The notes below the pieces were generated by a model. The model was not told the origin of the DNA. It did not search any database and worked only from the letters and a program-made list of their open reading frames with translations. Source: Octopus vulgaris (taxonomy: Eukaryota). Taken from it: 64,000 bases of DNA. A program made the translations under genes and the position numbers. Location: NCBI GenBank assembly GCA_951406725.2, contig OX597833.1, positions 34,038,001-34,102,000 of the forward strand, written 5' to 3'. Shown one piece after another: positions 36,780-48,951 of this stretch. Every line of letters begins with the position of its first letter. Positions within the stretch are counted from its first letter, which is position 1.

Positions 36780-38583
36780 TTGTTACAAGATCATAAATCA
36801 GGAGAAGAGCATACCCTATCAAATATAGAGCATTCAGATAGAGCCCTACTATTTTCAGATAAGATAACAGGCTCTTAGAGAACAACATCACAAAAATATA
36901 GATGGGCCGCACCACATACCTATAACATCAATGATGAGGCAAAACGAATAGCCACCGACCTGAAGATTGCTGACAGGGTAGAAATACTAGCTAAGTGTAA
37001 TGCCTTTATCACTATCAAGGTTCACAAACCAAACTTCACTTCCAACCCTAAATGTCGCCTGATTACCCTGCCAAGTCCGAAATCGGACTGGTGAGTCAGC
37101 ACATCCTAAGAAAGGTTAATAAAGATATAAGGAAGGTATCTAATTTCTCTTTATGGCATAACACATTCGAGGTATTACATTGGTTTGAGACCAAACGAAA
37201 CACTTTTAGAGCTAAGTTCATACAATCCGATATAGTAGACTTTTATCCATCGATATCAAAAATGTTACTTGATAGAGCGTTAGTATATGCTAGATGAATT
37301 TCTGACATCAGTGAGAGAGAAATAGATATAATTATGCATGCTAGGAAAACACTACTATTCAACCTGGGTCAAACGAACTGACCCTGAAGGCTCATTCGAT
37401 GTCGTAATGGGGGCATACAACAGCACTGTTATTTGCAACCTTATAGGATTTTACATTCTGGACATCCTGGGTAATTAATTCCGCTCTGTCCACTTCGGCT
37501 TATATAGAGATGATGCCTTAGCTGTCTCCAGAGGTGCTAACAGCCTTACTTTAGATAGGCTTAGAAAAGACATCATACACACCCTCAACGACCTTACCTT
37601 TAAAATCACCATAGAGACTAACCTCACTGTGGTGAACTTCTTGGATGTCACGCTTGATTTAGACCGTGGCACCTACAGACTATACCATAAACTGAATGAT
37701 GGGCTATCATACATTAATATAGCCTCCAGCCACCCACCCATAGTGTTCAAAAACCTAATAAAAGGTATCAGTAGATGGATTTCGATCTTATCTTCAAATA
37801 AAGATACTTTTGACACAGCAGCTCCTGCTTACAATGAGGCACTAGCGGCCAGCGGGTTCAAAGAGAATACAGTATATACATCAAGATTGGGTAACCATAA
37901 AAGGAAACGCCACCACAAGACCTTATGATTTGTCTCCACTTCTCCCTAAACATCCAGACATAGGTAGGATTTTTTTAGGTTGGTTGATAAGCATTTCACG
38001 CAATCACACAAATATAGAAAGATCTTTAACAAACATAATTTAAGAATCTCTTTCAGTTGTGCACCCAATGTTAAGAACAAATTACTTAGCACTCTTAAAC
38101 CATGGACAGAGGCAGGTTGTTCATGCAGGATTAGAAATGAATTCCCAGTGGACAGCCAATGTAGCACCGAGGCTACAGTGTACCAAGCAAAGGTAGTCCC
38201 AAACAGAAGCAGCACAAATATCAGTTGCATCAATGCCAACACAGGGACACACACTAAAATTTATGTCGGATCTTGTGAATCCAAATTTAAAATTCACCTG
38301 AACAACCACAGATCTTCTTTCAAGGTCCTGGAGAGATGCAACACAACAACACTCGCAGCATACATATGGCACCTAAAGCATGATCATATGCCCTTTAACA
38401 TCAGGTGGAAATTACTGGATACTTGTTGACCCTATCACAATGGAACAAAACCTTAAACTGTGTATGGCAGAAAGATATATAATCTTCATGAACTCACAGG
38501 ATGCTGCCTGAATTCCAGGACGGAATCTGTGGGGAGTTGTCCATATTTCCGAAAATTTTTACTTCAAAATTGGAAAACCTGAC
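36780..38583 (+). pseudogene. Penelope-like element RT + C-terminal GIY-YIG endonuclease (Naiad-like), disrupted
   Basis: FITIKVHKPNF, KSEIG.VS, DIVDFYPSI, FDVVMGAY, GLYRDD, VNFLDVTLDL, S.HPP; CSCR..P...C, VYQAKV...YVGSCE..FK...NNH.SSFK, LC.AERYII, LNSRTE. Confidence 0.9.
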
Positions 38584-38700
38584 TATCAGGTGAAGGAAAA
38601 CAACTCAGCCGGCCATAATTTTTTAAGACGAATATTTCTTGAACTATCACTGGCGTTCATGTGTTTAAAAACACATTCTCAGCAGAGAACGGTTATCATT

Positions 38701-38760
38701 TAGAGAAACTGAAAAGATGTCTAGTTTATCCTAGATATGAAACCAATGTTTTTTTTTCTA
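38701..38760 (+). ncRNA. Degenerate hammerhead in the PLE 3' region
   Basis: TAGAGAAA-CTGAAAA-G-ATGTCTAG(tttatc)CTAGATAT-GAAA-CCAATG-TT..TTTCTA; G8 is lost. Confidence 0.45.
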
Positions 38761-38778
38761 AACTATTACATTACACAT

Positions 38779-38864
<86 letters not shown>

Positions 38865-40111
38865 AAGGAAGGCTAGGTGGGAAGAAAGTTTTTGTATGTG
38901 GCAGATCCGCAGGAGCAATAAGCACTTAAAATGTGCAGAGAACAACTTCTGCCACATTCTAGGGAGAAAAACTAGAAGTACTTGATAGTTTCCATTACCT
39001 AGGTGACCAGTAGCGGGGGTGGGTGCTCTGAAAGTGTAGCTGCTAGAATAAGAATAGCCTGGGCAAAGTTCAGAGAGCTCCTACCTCTGCTAGTGACATA
39101 GGGCCTCTCGCTCAGAGTAAAAGGTAGACCGTATGACAGATGTGTATGAACGGCAATACTACATTGCAGTGAAACATGGGCCGTGACTGCTGAGGACATG
39201 CGTAATTTTGCAGTATGCTCCGATGGATGTGTAATGTCAGTGTGCATACTCGACAGAGTGTAAGTGCCTTAAGAGAAAGTTGGACTTAAGAAGCATCAGA
39301 TGTGGTTTGCAAGAGAGACGACTGCGCTGGTATGATCATGTGGTGCGAATAGATGAGGATCGCTGCATGAAAAAGTGTCACACCCTAGCGGTTGAGGGAA
39401 ACTGTGGAAGAGGTAGACCCAGGAAGACCTGGGATGAGCTGGTGAAGCACAACCTTCAAACATTAGGCCTCACCAAGACAATGACTAGTGACCGAGACTT
39501 TTGAAAATATGCTGTGCTTGAGATGACCCGGCAAGCCAAGTGAGACCATAACTCATGGCCTATGCCAGTGGTGTAACTAGCCCACTTAGGCCTACCTTTC
39601 TTTCATTGGACACTATACTCTGCTTGCGAAGACCTGTTGAGGCAAGTGAAATCGAAATCAAATTCTATGACAGCACCGCATGACTGGCATCCATGCTAGT
39701 GGAGTGCTAAGAGCACCATCTGAGAGTGATTGTTGCCAGGGCCGCTGACTGGCTCCCATGCCAGTGGCACGTAAAAAGCACCATTCGAGCGTGATTGTTA
39801 CCAACTTTTTGGCACTTGTGCCGATGGTACGTGAAAAACAACATTCGAGCGAGGGTGTTGCCAGTGCCACTGGACTGGCTCCTGTGCAAGTGACACATAA
39901 AAACACCATTTGAGCATGGCCGTTACCAGTACCACCTGACCGGCCCTCGTGCCGGTGGCACGTAAAAGCATCCACTACACTCTTGGAGTGGTTGGCATTA
40001 GGAAGGACATCCAGCTGTAGAAACTCTGCCAGATCAGATTGGTGCCTGGTGCAGCCATCTGGCTCGCAAGTCCCCAGTCAAACCCATGTCAGCATGGAAA
40101 GCGATGATGAT

Positions 40112-40113
<2 letters not shown>
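38865..40113 (+). mobile_element. RTE LINE 3' half with tandem-repeat 3' UTR and (GAT)n tail
   Basis: SFHYLGD, AWAKFRELLPLL, SETW, RRLRWY.HV, GRGRPRKTW; repeats of gccagtggcacgtaaaagcaccattcgagc. Confidence 0.9.
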
Positions 40114-40155
<42 letters not shown>

Positions 40156-40156
40156 C

Positions 40157-40211
<55 letters not shown>

Positions 40212-40388
40212 TATACATACACATATATATACATACATATATACATGTACGTATATACATATGTGTATATACATACACACACACATATATATATATAAAG
40301 GGAAAGTTTACGAAAATAAACAAAAGACGAAGGCAGGTGGAGTACAAACAAACAAATGTATTAGTATAGCGCTCAGGAATAGAAAAAG

Positions 40389-40426
40389 TCTTTTATGTTT
40401 CGAGCCTACGCTCTTTGACAGAAAGA
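40389..40426 (-). ncRNA. Degenerate hammerhead-like motif (A6U family) in a PLE-like terminal fragment
   Basis: TCTTT-CTGTCAA-A-GAGC(GTAG)GCTC-GAA-ACAT-A-AAAGA. Confidence 0.4.
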
Positions 40427-40747
40427 TACACAGAAAAAACAAGGAGAGAAAAAAAATGCGTGTAGGAACTAACGATCTATCATAGCGTCCTGACTTCGGA
40501 CAGTGGTCAGACACGAGAGGGACAGTAGGGGAGATAACAGGTGACTTCCAATAAGAAGGTGCCCCCAACACAAAGGTGCGTGTGTGTATAAGAGAGTATG
40601 TATGTGCGTGTGAAAGAGGGCTGGTGGTCTGGACGTGTGTATGTGTGGGTGGTGTGATGTGATGGAGAAAGACAGACACATAAAAGAATGAGAGTAGACT
40701 TGTCAAAGTGTGCGTTTTTGGCCCGAGCAACGACACCTTTTAAGATG

Positions 40748-40811
<64 letters not shown>

Positions 40812-41172
40812 TCCTCGTTCATCTACTCAGCTATTTCTGTGCTGATCATAAACCCCTTATTAGTTCTTTTCATTATTCTATCTATTTCATTACCATGTAA
40901 ACATAGTTTCAATAGTTTTGTCTTCCTCATTGTTGTCTTAAGAAAAACTTAAGTTCATGCATATTCTTTAATCGCCATATATTCATTTATTCAAGTTTGT
41001 CACATCGTCACTTATTTCTCTAATTTTGTCACAGATTGGCTGACCAAAATTTCTAAGATTTTTCAATTCTATTTCACTATTTTCGGAATTTGCTGTTCCA
41101 TTAAATTGTTACCCAAAATCCCAAAGAATATTTTTCTCCCTCGTGTTCTTTGTCTGACCACCCTAACTCTGG

Positions 41173-41217
<45 letters not shown>

Positions 41218-41589
41218 GATTTACCACTTGATTCGCCTACACTTCCCCCTCTTCCACCACCACCACCACCACCACCCTATATAAACTAGCGCACGCACTT
41301 GGATTTCCCTACTCGATTTTTAATAACTCCCATGAAAGAATACAAATCCAGAAAATGCTCTTGTCTAAATTTGCTGGCTCGTAGTATACCTGCCCCCTCC
41401 ACCTGTGCCGGACGTTCCTATCCTCTGTCATCCTTTGGTTGTCTCCCATGAGCACTTCTAAAGGTTTAACGCCATCCTCACCCCTACCTAGGGTTTATTG
41501 ATCATATAGTGCATAAAAATGATGATGTAGTGTATGCAAGTTGAAGGCTATTGCTTGTTTATGAATTCTGCCAAATGCGAGCTTTCTTT

Positions 41590-42166
41590 TCAGGTACATG
41601 ACGCTGCTGTCCTCCATCCCAGGATCTCACGAGCCCACACCTCCCACACCCTCAGAGTTGGCACACTGAAAGGTAGGTCTGGTGAGATTGTTGAAATGCT
41701 TGAACAGAGATGTGTCAATTTGTGCTGCCTCCAAGAACTAAGATGGAGAGGAGTTCCGCTAGGTTCCTCACAGGCAAAGAACACAGGTACAAGATTTTCT
41801 GGGCAGGAAACACTGACGGGGTCGGGGGCATGGGTATACTTCTTGCGGAGAAATGGGTTGATAAGGTAATCAAAGTAGTTAGAGTATGCCATGAATACTT
41901 AAGATTAGATTAGTGCTTTATCATGGGTTAGCAACCATTATCTTGGCCTAAGCCCCTCAACCGGGGCTACCTGATGGACAGAAAGACTGATTTTATGACA
42001 CCCTCTTGCAGACTACCTCATTGACGAATGACTGGGACCTTCTCTTTGTGGCTGGTGACTTCAATGGACATGTTGGACAACATACAGGGGGCTTCCATAA
42101 CATACATGGAGGCTATGGTTTTGGTTCCCACAATAAGGAGGGAACCTGGCTACTGAGGTTCTGTAA
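41590..42166 (+). pseudogene. RTE apurinic-type endonuclease remnant
   Basis: VGTLKGRSGE, CCLQE.RWRG, G.GILL, *APQ.G, AGDFNGHVG, HGGYGFG..N.EG. Confidence 0.9.
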
Positions 42167-42169
42167 TCA

Positions 42170-42855
42170 CTAGCTCTCCATGACCTTCATTACCTGATCC
42201 AACAACTTGATACCTCTGTAATTATTTGTATCTAAAGCATCACCTTTACCTTTATAGCAGTTGACTATGGTGCTGCTACACCAGTCATTAGGTATGACTC
42301 CTTCATGTATCACCTGGTTGACTATATGGGTCACTAGACTATAGCCGACACCATCAGGTATTTTAAGCATCTCTGCAGTGATTCCTGATGGGCCAGGGGC
42401 TTTCCCTGTCTTCATACCCTTAATTGCTTTATCTAACAAGGTACTGTCAATTCAGATAGCTGGTCCCTCTGTTGGGTCGACATTTGGCAAACTCTCTTTC
42501 TCCCATTCATTCTCTTCATTTAGCAACCTTTCATAGTGGCATCTTCAAGTCTCTCTCCTTGCAACCTTGTTAAATGCAAGTGAGCTGCCACCCATGCAGA
42601 TACATTTCTCTTCTATAACATCACTATTCTCTCTCATGCACTGTCTTGCAACATGAAACACCTCAAATCTTTGTTCCTTACAACGCAGAACATTGGCAGG
42701 TATTTTCTTTTCTGCTTCCCCTCTGTTTAAATAAACCTGTCTCCTAGCTTCCCTTCTGGACCTCTGATACAATCCATTGCTGCCACTGCTCTTCCAGTAA
42801 CTTCCATGCCTGTTACTCCTCCCTAATGGCCCTGTCAACTACATTGTTCCACCAT
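42170..42855 (-). pseudogene. RTE linker/RT N-terminal fragment, inverted relative to the EN fragment
   Basis: MKTGKAPGPSGI.AEMLK, IPNDW, YKGKGDAL...NYRGIKLL. Confidence 0.9.
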
Positions 42856-42859
42856 CCAC

Positions 42860-43210
42860 AGATACCCATAAGTCTGTTTCTAAGGGTATTTGAACAGTTT
42901 ATAGTTTGGAAGAATAATGGGGCCAAGAAGCAAACCACAGCACGCAGGATGTCTTTGTTGAATCTGTTCATACCAAAGGAAGACCGGATGAAATAAAGTT
43001 TAGAAGGATTTAACTGGAAACCATGACTAAATTTACTGCCAGGAGCATATCACAGATGACACCAACTGTAGAAAGACACATGTTACAACTTAGTTGATGA
43101 AGATCTCAAAGGATGGTATGCAGCTTCAATTCCCATTGAAATTTGATGCCATGGTTTTCCAGTAAGATTAGTGTGTTATTTCTTGCTATTTCTTGGTTTG
43201 GGAGCTAAAA
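42860..43210 (+). pseudogene. Possible RLE-type non-LTR 3' remnant
   Basis: Fragmentary YNLVDE...GWYA..IPIEI*CHGF, resembling the KY..L...GW...PxEVGxRGF ending. Confidence 0.4.
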
Positions 43211-43472
43211 AACTGAAGTAAGCCAATATAGAAAAGCATAAACATCAGAATGCAAATGAGTTATAAAAAAAAAAACTGGGTGTGAGAAGAGGAATCAGTT
43301 GAGTACATAAGAGAAGGCTGTGCTACGTGAGGAAGTATTGAGAACTCCCAATGAAGACTTGTGGCAAATTGGTGAAGGCTGATCTGAAGATGCTACATCT
43401 CACTAAGGAGATAAAGTATCATACTGATTGGTGATATGCAGTGGCAAAACATACCTGACATGAGGGTAGTGT

Positions 43473-43698
43473 TTAACCCTTCAGCATTCAAATAACTCTA
43501 TTAAATGTAGTGTTTATTTATTCACATAGTTTTGAATTAATCATCCATTATCTTGTACCTTTGAGATTTTGATGATGTGATTGTTTAGTTTTAGAATGGC
43601 ATTATTGGGTAGGTGTGAGAGGCCAAATATTGGTGGTTTGAATATAAAACACGTAGAATATTCAGGCCAGATGTGGTCGGTTTAAGTGCAAAGGGCAA
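43473..43698. mobile_element. piggyBac-type MITE
   Basis: TTAA-CCCTTcagcattcaaa...tttaagtgcaaaggg; second copy at ~61868-61978 ends aaatgctaaagggTTAA. Confidence 0.7.
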
Positions 43699-44403
43699 GA
43701 TACTTTGTATCTTACCAAGCATCCGTCTTGCTGTCCTTCTTACACCCTTTGAATCCTTGAATCCTCTGAACTTTCCATCATTCTGTTGCTCACTCCCTTC
43801 CCCCTTTTTAAACTCATCTCTCTCATCTGCTTACTACCAATGCTGACTGTATCATCCTTATCACTCCATGACTCTCACCATCCACTAAGAAATTTTATAT
43901 TTGAGATTGCATTGGTCCACCCTCAACTGTAATAGACTGCATTGGATCGTCTTCATCTCTCTACACAATGCACTGTAACTTTGTCCTTTCCTTCCACTCC
44001 ACATTATTCTGTGCACAAGGTACCACTTCTCCAGTACAGATGCTACAATGGGAAGTCGACAGATTGTGCTCAATTAAGAGTGACTGCTGAGCAAGATAAT
44101 CTCTCTAGAGCTGACATCACAAGATTGTACCCAGTACATACATTAAAATAGCTGGAAATGAAGAGAGAATGCATGGGATTACAAGAGCCCTTTATTCAAC
44201 TTCTTTTGTGTTGATGCTACAAGGAAAAACACACCCAGTGCACTCTGTAAAGTGGTTGGCAATAGAAGGGCATCCAGCTATAGAAACCAAGCTAAATGAC
44301 ACATGCAGACATCAGGCTATAGGAGTAGCAACTCCCAATAAGAAATGACCATCCAATCCATGTCAGCATGGAAAGTAGACACTAAGCAATATATTGATAT
44401 AAA

Positions 44404-44464
<61 letters not shown>

Positions 44465-44510
44465 TATATGAAAGAATGGAGTTGAACGACGAATTAACAA
44501 AATTCCTTTA

Positions 44511-44593
44511 TTTTCGACATATATTTCGAAGGCTGCATATTCCTAATTGCAAAGGAATAAGGAGTAAATTATGCCACTTTCTCATCAGGAAAA
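44511..44593 (-). ncRNA. Hammerhead copy on the opposite arm
   Basis: TTTTC-CTGATGA-...-GAA-ATATATGT-C-GAAAA (C15.2 changed to U). Confidence 0.75.
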
Positions 44594-44753
44594 GCAAGGA
44601 ACTTACGTCAACATCAAGATGCACATCCAACCATTTTGACGTCACTCCTTATAAAGGAATTTTTTAAAGAGACACTCATTATCACTATGGGCTCCGTGTG
44701 AGCAGTCATCTAAAAGTTTTTTGTGCATCTTGATGTTGACATAAGTTCCTTGC

Positions 44754-44836
44754 TTTTCCTGATGAGAAAGCGGCATAATTTACTCCTTATTCCTTCGCAA
44801 TTAGGAATATGCAGCCTTCGAAACATATGTCGAAAA
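44754..44836 (+). ncRNA. Type I hammerhead ribozyme, canonical core, long stem II
   Basis: TTTTC-CTGATGA-GAAAGCGGCATA...TATGCAGCCTTC-GAA-ACATATGT-C-GAAAA; predicted GUC cleavage after 44831. Confidence 0.85.
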
Positions 44837-45016
44837 TAAAGGAATTTTGTTAATTCAACTCCATTCTTTCATATATTTATATTTTTAAATAAAACATACA
44901 AATTTCCACACGAAAGCACGTAACTTCAAACGTGTCTTCTCTGATGTGAATTTGCTACCCAGGTATCGGTTAAACCGAATTATCCATAACAAGATAATTC
45001 ATTCAACTACTCAAAT

Positions 45017-45056
<40 letters not shown>

Positions 45057-45598
45057 TACATATATACATGTATACATCTATATGTATAGAAATAAATGTT
45101 TACATATACAGCTATACACACACACATACATAGGTGCAGGTGTGGCTGTGTGGTAACAAACTTTGTTCCAAAACAAATGGTCCTGGGTTTAAATTTAAAA
45201 TAATATGGGTGAGAAATTGAATATTAATTTGATTAATATGAATTGAAAACCAGTGGTGTAGCATATAAGACCATAGTGGATCTTCTTCTAGCAAAATGGA
45301 TGTCCACTGTTAATGGTTCATTCCTCTTATATAATAGCTTAACTTTAATAGTTTCAGTATTAAAGTGAAAGTACCTGACATTACAATAGAGAGATGTTTT
45401 TCTTTCACTTTTAACACGTAATACTGAAATAGTGGAGGAGATATGATATTGCTGTGGGCTCACCCTAGGCAAGAAGTTAGAAATTTGCCCATGACACTAC
45501 ATGGACCCTAAGTAAGGCATGTGTAAAATTTGAATGAAATTGGTTGTGTAGTTCTCAAGTTTTAGGAATTCACACAGACAGAAAGACAGACACACATT

Positions 45599-45644
<46 letters not shown>

Positions 45645-46027
45645 GAAAAATACAAACTGGGACAAGAACGTAAAACATTTAGAAGACGATACAAAAACAC
45701 GGAAGGGACATTCGAAGCCTTCAATCTTCAGTCAAGAACCAGATCATCCTAGCAATTTCGGCTGATTAATCTTGAGATCGCTCCGATCTGGCCAGCCCCA
45801 AGGAAAAACTAAGCTACGAGCATTAGATTTCTTGGAAGGATCGAATGTATACGAAACAGGGACAGAAAAACGGACGATGTCACACGAATATAAAATACAA
45901 AAAACAATAATGGTAAAAACTGGACAAAAACAGCGGGTGTCTTACGACTAATAAACAGTACAACAAGTTTAGCTGGCGTATTTGGAAGAAATACCTTTAT
46001 CGGCAGACGAAGACAACGATATATATA

Positions 46028-46076
<49 letters not shown>

Positions 46077-46213
46077 GTATGTATGTATGTATGTATGTAT
46101 ATGTATGTATGTATATGTATCTATGTATATGTATCTATGTATATGTATGTATATATATATGTATGTATATATATATATATATATGTATGTATATATATAT
46201 ATGTATGTATATA

Positions 46214-46746
46214 GAAGACCTGTTGAGGCAAGTGAAAATCAAATCAAAACAAATCAAAATAGATGAACATCAATGGAATTTGTATCTTTGTGGTACCAGT
46301 GCCGGTGGCACACAAGAAAACCATCCGAACTTGGCCATAGCCAGTACCGCATCGCCTGGCCTCCGTGCTGTGGGCACGTAACAAACACCATCCGATCGTG
46401 GCCGTTCGCCAGCCTCATCTGGCACCTGTGTCGGTGGCACATAAAAACACCATCCGAGCGTGGCCGTCTGCCAGCCTCGTCTGGCACCTGTGTCGGTGGC
46501 ACATAAAAAAAACACCATCCGAGCGTGGCCGTTCGCCAGCCTCGTCTGGCACCTGTGTCGGTGGCACATAAAATCACCCACTACACTCTCGGAGTGGTTG
46601 GCGTTAGGAAGGGCATCCAGCTGTAGAAACACTGCCAGATCTGACTGGCCTGGTGCAGCCTTCGGGCTCCCCAGACCCCAGTTGAACCGTCCAACCCATG
46701 CTAGCATGGAAAGCGGACGTTAAATGATGATGATGATGATGATGAT
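46214..46746 (+). mobile_element. RTE 3' UTR-derived element with ~62-65-bp tandem repeats and (GAT)n tail
   Basis: Three near-identical units starting at 46383, 46445 and 46510 (aaacaccatccgagcgtggccg...ctgtgtcggtggcacat); start and tail homologous to 39628-40113. Confidence 0.88.
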
Positions 46747-46863
46747 ATATATGTATGTATATATACATATATGTATGTATATATACATTATGTATGTATA
46801 TATATATATATATGTATATATATATGTATGTATATATGTATATATATATGTATGTATATATAC

Positions 46864-46894
<31 letters not shown>

Positions 46895-47050
46895 TATGTA
46901 TGTATATATACATATATATGTATGTATATATACATATATATATGTATATATACATATATATAGTTGAAATTTACAGAAAAACAAAAGATGAAGACAGGTG
47001 TATAAACAAGAAGCAGATGTATTAGTTTGACACTTGGGAAGGTGAGAATA

Positions 47051-47088
47051 TCTTCTATGTTTCGAGCCTATGCTCTTCAACAGAAACG
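47051..47088 (-). ncRNA. Hammerhead-like motif (CUGUUGA, A6U) in PLE-like terminal fragment 46963-47105
   Basis: TTT-CTGTTGA-A-GAGC(ATAG)GCTC-GAA-ACAT-A-GAA. Confidence 0.5.
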
Positions 47089-47184
47089 AACATGAGGAAA
47101 TAAGCATTATATATAAAATATCATCATCTTCATCATTGTTGGTTAACGTCCGCTTTCCATGCTGGCATGGGTTGAATGGCTTGA

Positions 47185-47227
<43 letters not shown>

Positions 47228-47245
47228 GTATATATATATATTATA

Positions 47246-48054
47246 CTAGCAGTACTACCCGGCTCGTGTGTTCTATGCACGCGCGAATTAAGCTAAACTT
47301 GGATGAAGTTCAATCAAAATTCAATTATTTTGGTTTTAAAATCAAGCATTTAATGCCCTCTATTTTTGCGCTTATGTGTTCCATTTCCTGAATAGGAAGT
47401 ACGTAGAAGTGTTTCATAAATTTTTGTTGATCAAATAATTGCATTGTTGAATTATTCTTTTAGATCAGTATTTCTCAACGAGGATTTCAGGGGAGAGTTT
47501 CAGGGAGTCGCTGGCGATGTATCGTGATGATCAAAAATTCGGCCTGCTAAAATTTGGTTAAAGTGATTCAAACTGCAGACTCAACTCAAAATAGTCACGT
47601 TTAATTCAAAGCGTTAAAAATGTTATGAAAACAATTGGTATGTGTTCACAAAGTTCAAACGATTAATACGAAAAAACCCTCCAGGCTACATCCCAAAAAT
47701 TCATTTCTTTGCCGAATGTTTACGGCAATTCATTTTTATATCTTGATTTCTTATTTTTCATGTAATTTATGCAGGCCTGCGCGTGTGGTGAACACAGTTC
47801 ATGTCAAACAGCTGACTAAGTAAAGTTCACTATTCAATGCATGGGATAAGGCCTAAACAAACACATTATTGATTTTTGCTCTTGCGAGATGAATTTCGGA
47901 ACAGAAATAGTGCAGTTCAATTTTCATTCGCCTAAACTTTAAGCGACCCATTTTTGGTGGTTCTACGATTTGTTGGCTAGGAGGAGATGTGCCGGGAAGT
48001 TAAACACACAGACACACACACAGATACACAAGTTGAGTTTTATATATATGTAGA
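47246..48054 (-). mobile_element. Non-autonomous Helitron
   Basis: Minus strand starts A|TC-tacatatatataaaactcaacttgtgtatctgtgtg and ends gccgggtagtactgCTAG|T; AT target, no TSD. Confidence 0.75.
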
Positions 48055-48249
48055 TATATATTTTATATTTATATATATATATATATAATATATAATTTTT
48101 TACAACTAAAAATAAGGGTGTCTGAGAGACACCACCATGCCGAAATAGCAGTCAAATCCCTGACTCTAAAAACCACCTTAAATGTTCATATCACACCATG
48201 AGATAAGACAGGGGGACAAAATAGACTAGCAAAAAGATATTACTGAATA

Positions 48250-48308
48250 ATTCAAGATCCTGGATTTCTAGCTTTGCTTCAAATAAGCTCTGCCTTCATC
48301 AGTTGAAT
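48250..48308 (-). ncRNA. Type I hammerhead motif
   Basis: ATTCAA-CTGATGA-AGGC...GCTA-GAA-ATCCAGGAT-C-TTGAAT; perfect 6-bp stem I, weak stem II base. Confidence 0.6.
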
Positions 48309-48685
48309 ATATCAGATGGGCACATAAATACAAATATATATATATACAGTACCTTTGTATTGTGACAATCCTTTCCTATCTACCTAAATTTCTTTATATG
48401 GAACCTTGACATCTATTTCACCCCTATTTCTATAAATAGAAAATCTTTGTTGTCTCCTTTCATTTGTCCATTCTTCTCAGAACCTTCTCCACTATCTCAA
48501 ATGTTCTTAAAATTTAAATCCACATCTTTGTCTATATACCTACCTTCTTTATAATGTTATCACATGATATGAAAAAATTATGCTCAGCATTTTTAAAACT
48601 GTTGTAATACTTACAACATTTAATAAAGTGATGTAGTACGAAACGATCGTACCAAATTACCGAAGTTATTCTTGTTGCTTATTTT

Positions 48686-48714
48686 TATATATATATATAT
48701 ATTATATATATATA

Positions 48715-48773
<59 letters not shown>

Positions 48774-48876
48774 ATATATATATATTATATATTATATATA
48801 TATATATTATATATTATATATATATATTATATATTATATATATATATTATATATATATATATATTATATATATATA

Positions 48877-48924
<48 letters not shown>

Positions 48925-48950
48925 GATATTATATATATATATATATATAT
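48686..48950. repeat. Long imperfect (TA)n/(TATTA) tract
   Basis: Direct reading. Confidence 0.95.
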
Positions 48951-48951
48951 A

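Larger units (their letters stand above)
44455..44886. repeat. Fold-back element (arms 44455-44625 / 44722-44886)
   Basis: ~165-bp near-identical inverted arms with a ~96-nt spacer. Confidence 0.95.

Noticed and set aside
37290-38430. Selenocysteine recoding of in-frame TGAs in the Naiad-like ORF
   Set aside because: The TGAs fall at expected Arg/Trp positions (CGA/TGG decay), not conserved Cys; frameshifts are present and no convincing SECIS was seen.
45715-45810. Hammerhead in a PLE-like fragment (cagccGAAA...CTGAAGA on minus)
   Set aside because: The boxes could not be joined by consistent stems in any HHR topology.
46383-46572. CRISPR-like array
   Set aside because: Units are contiguous with no unique spacers, sit in an RTE 3' UTR, and there are no cas genes; the context is eukaryotic.
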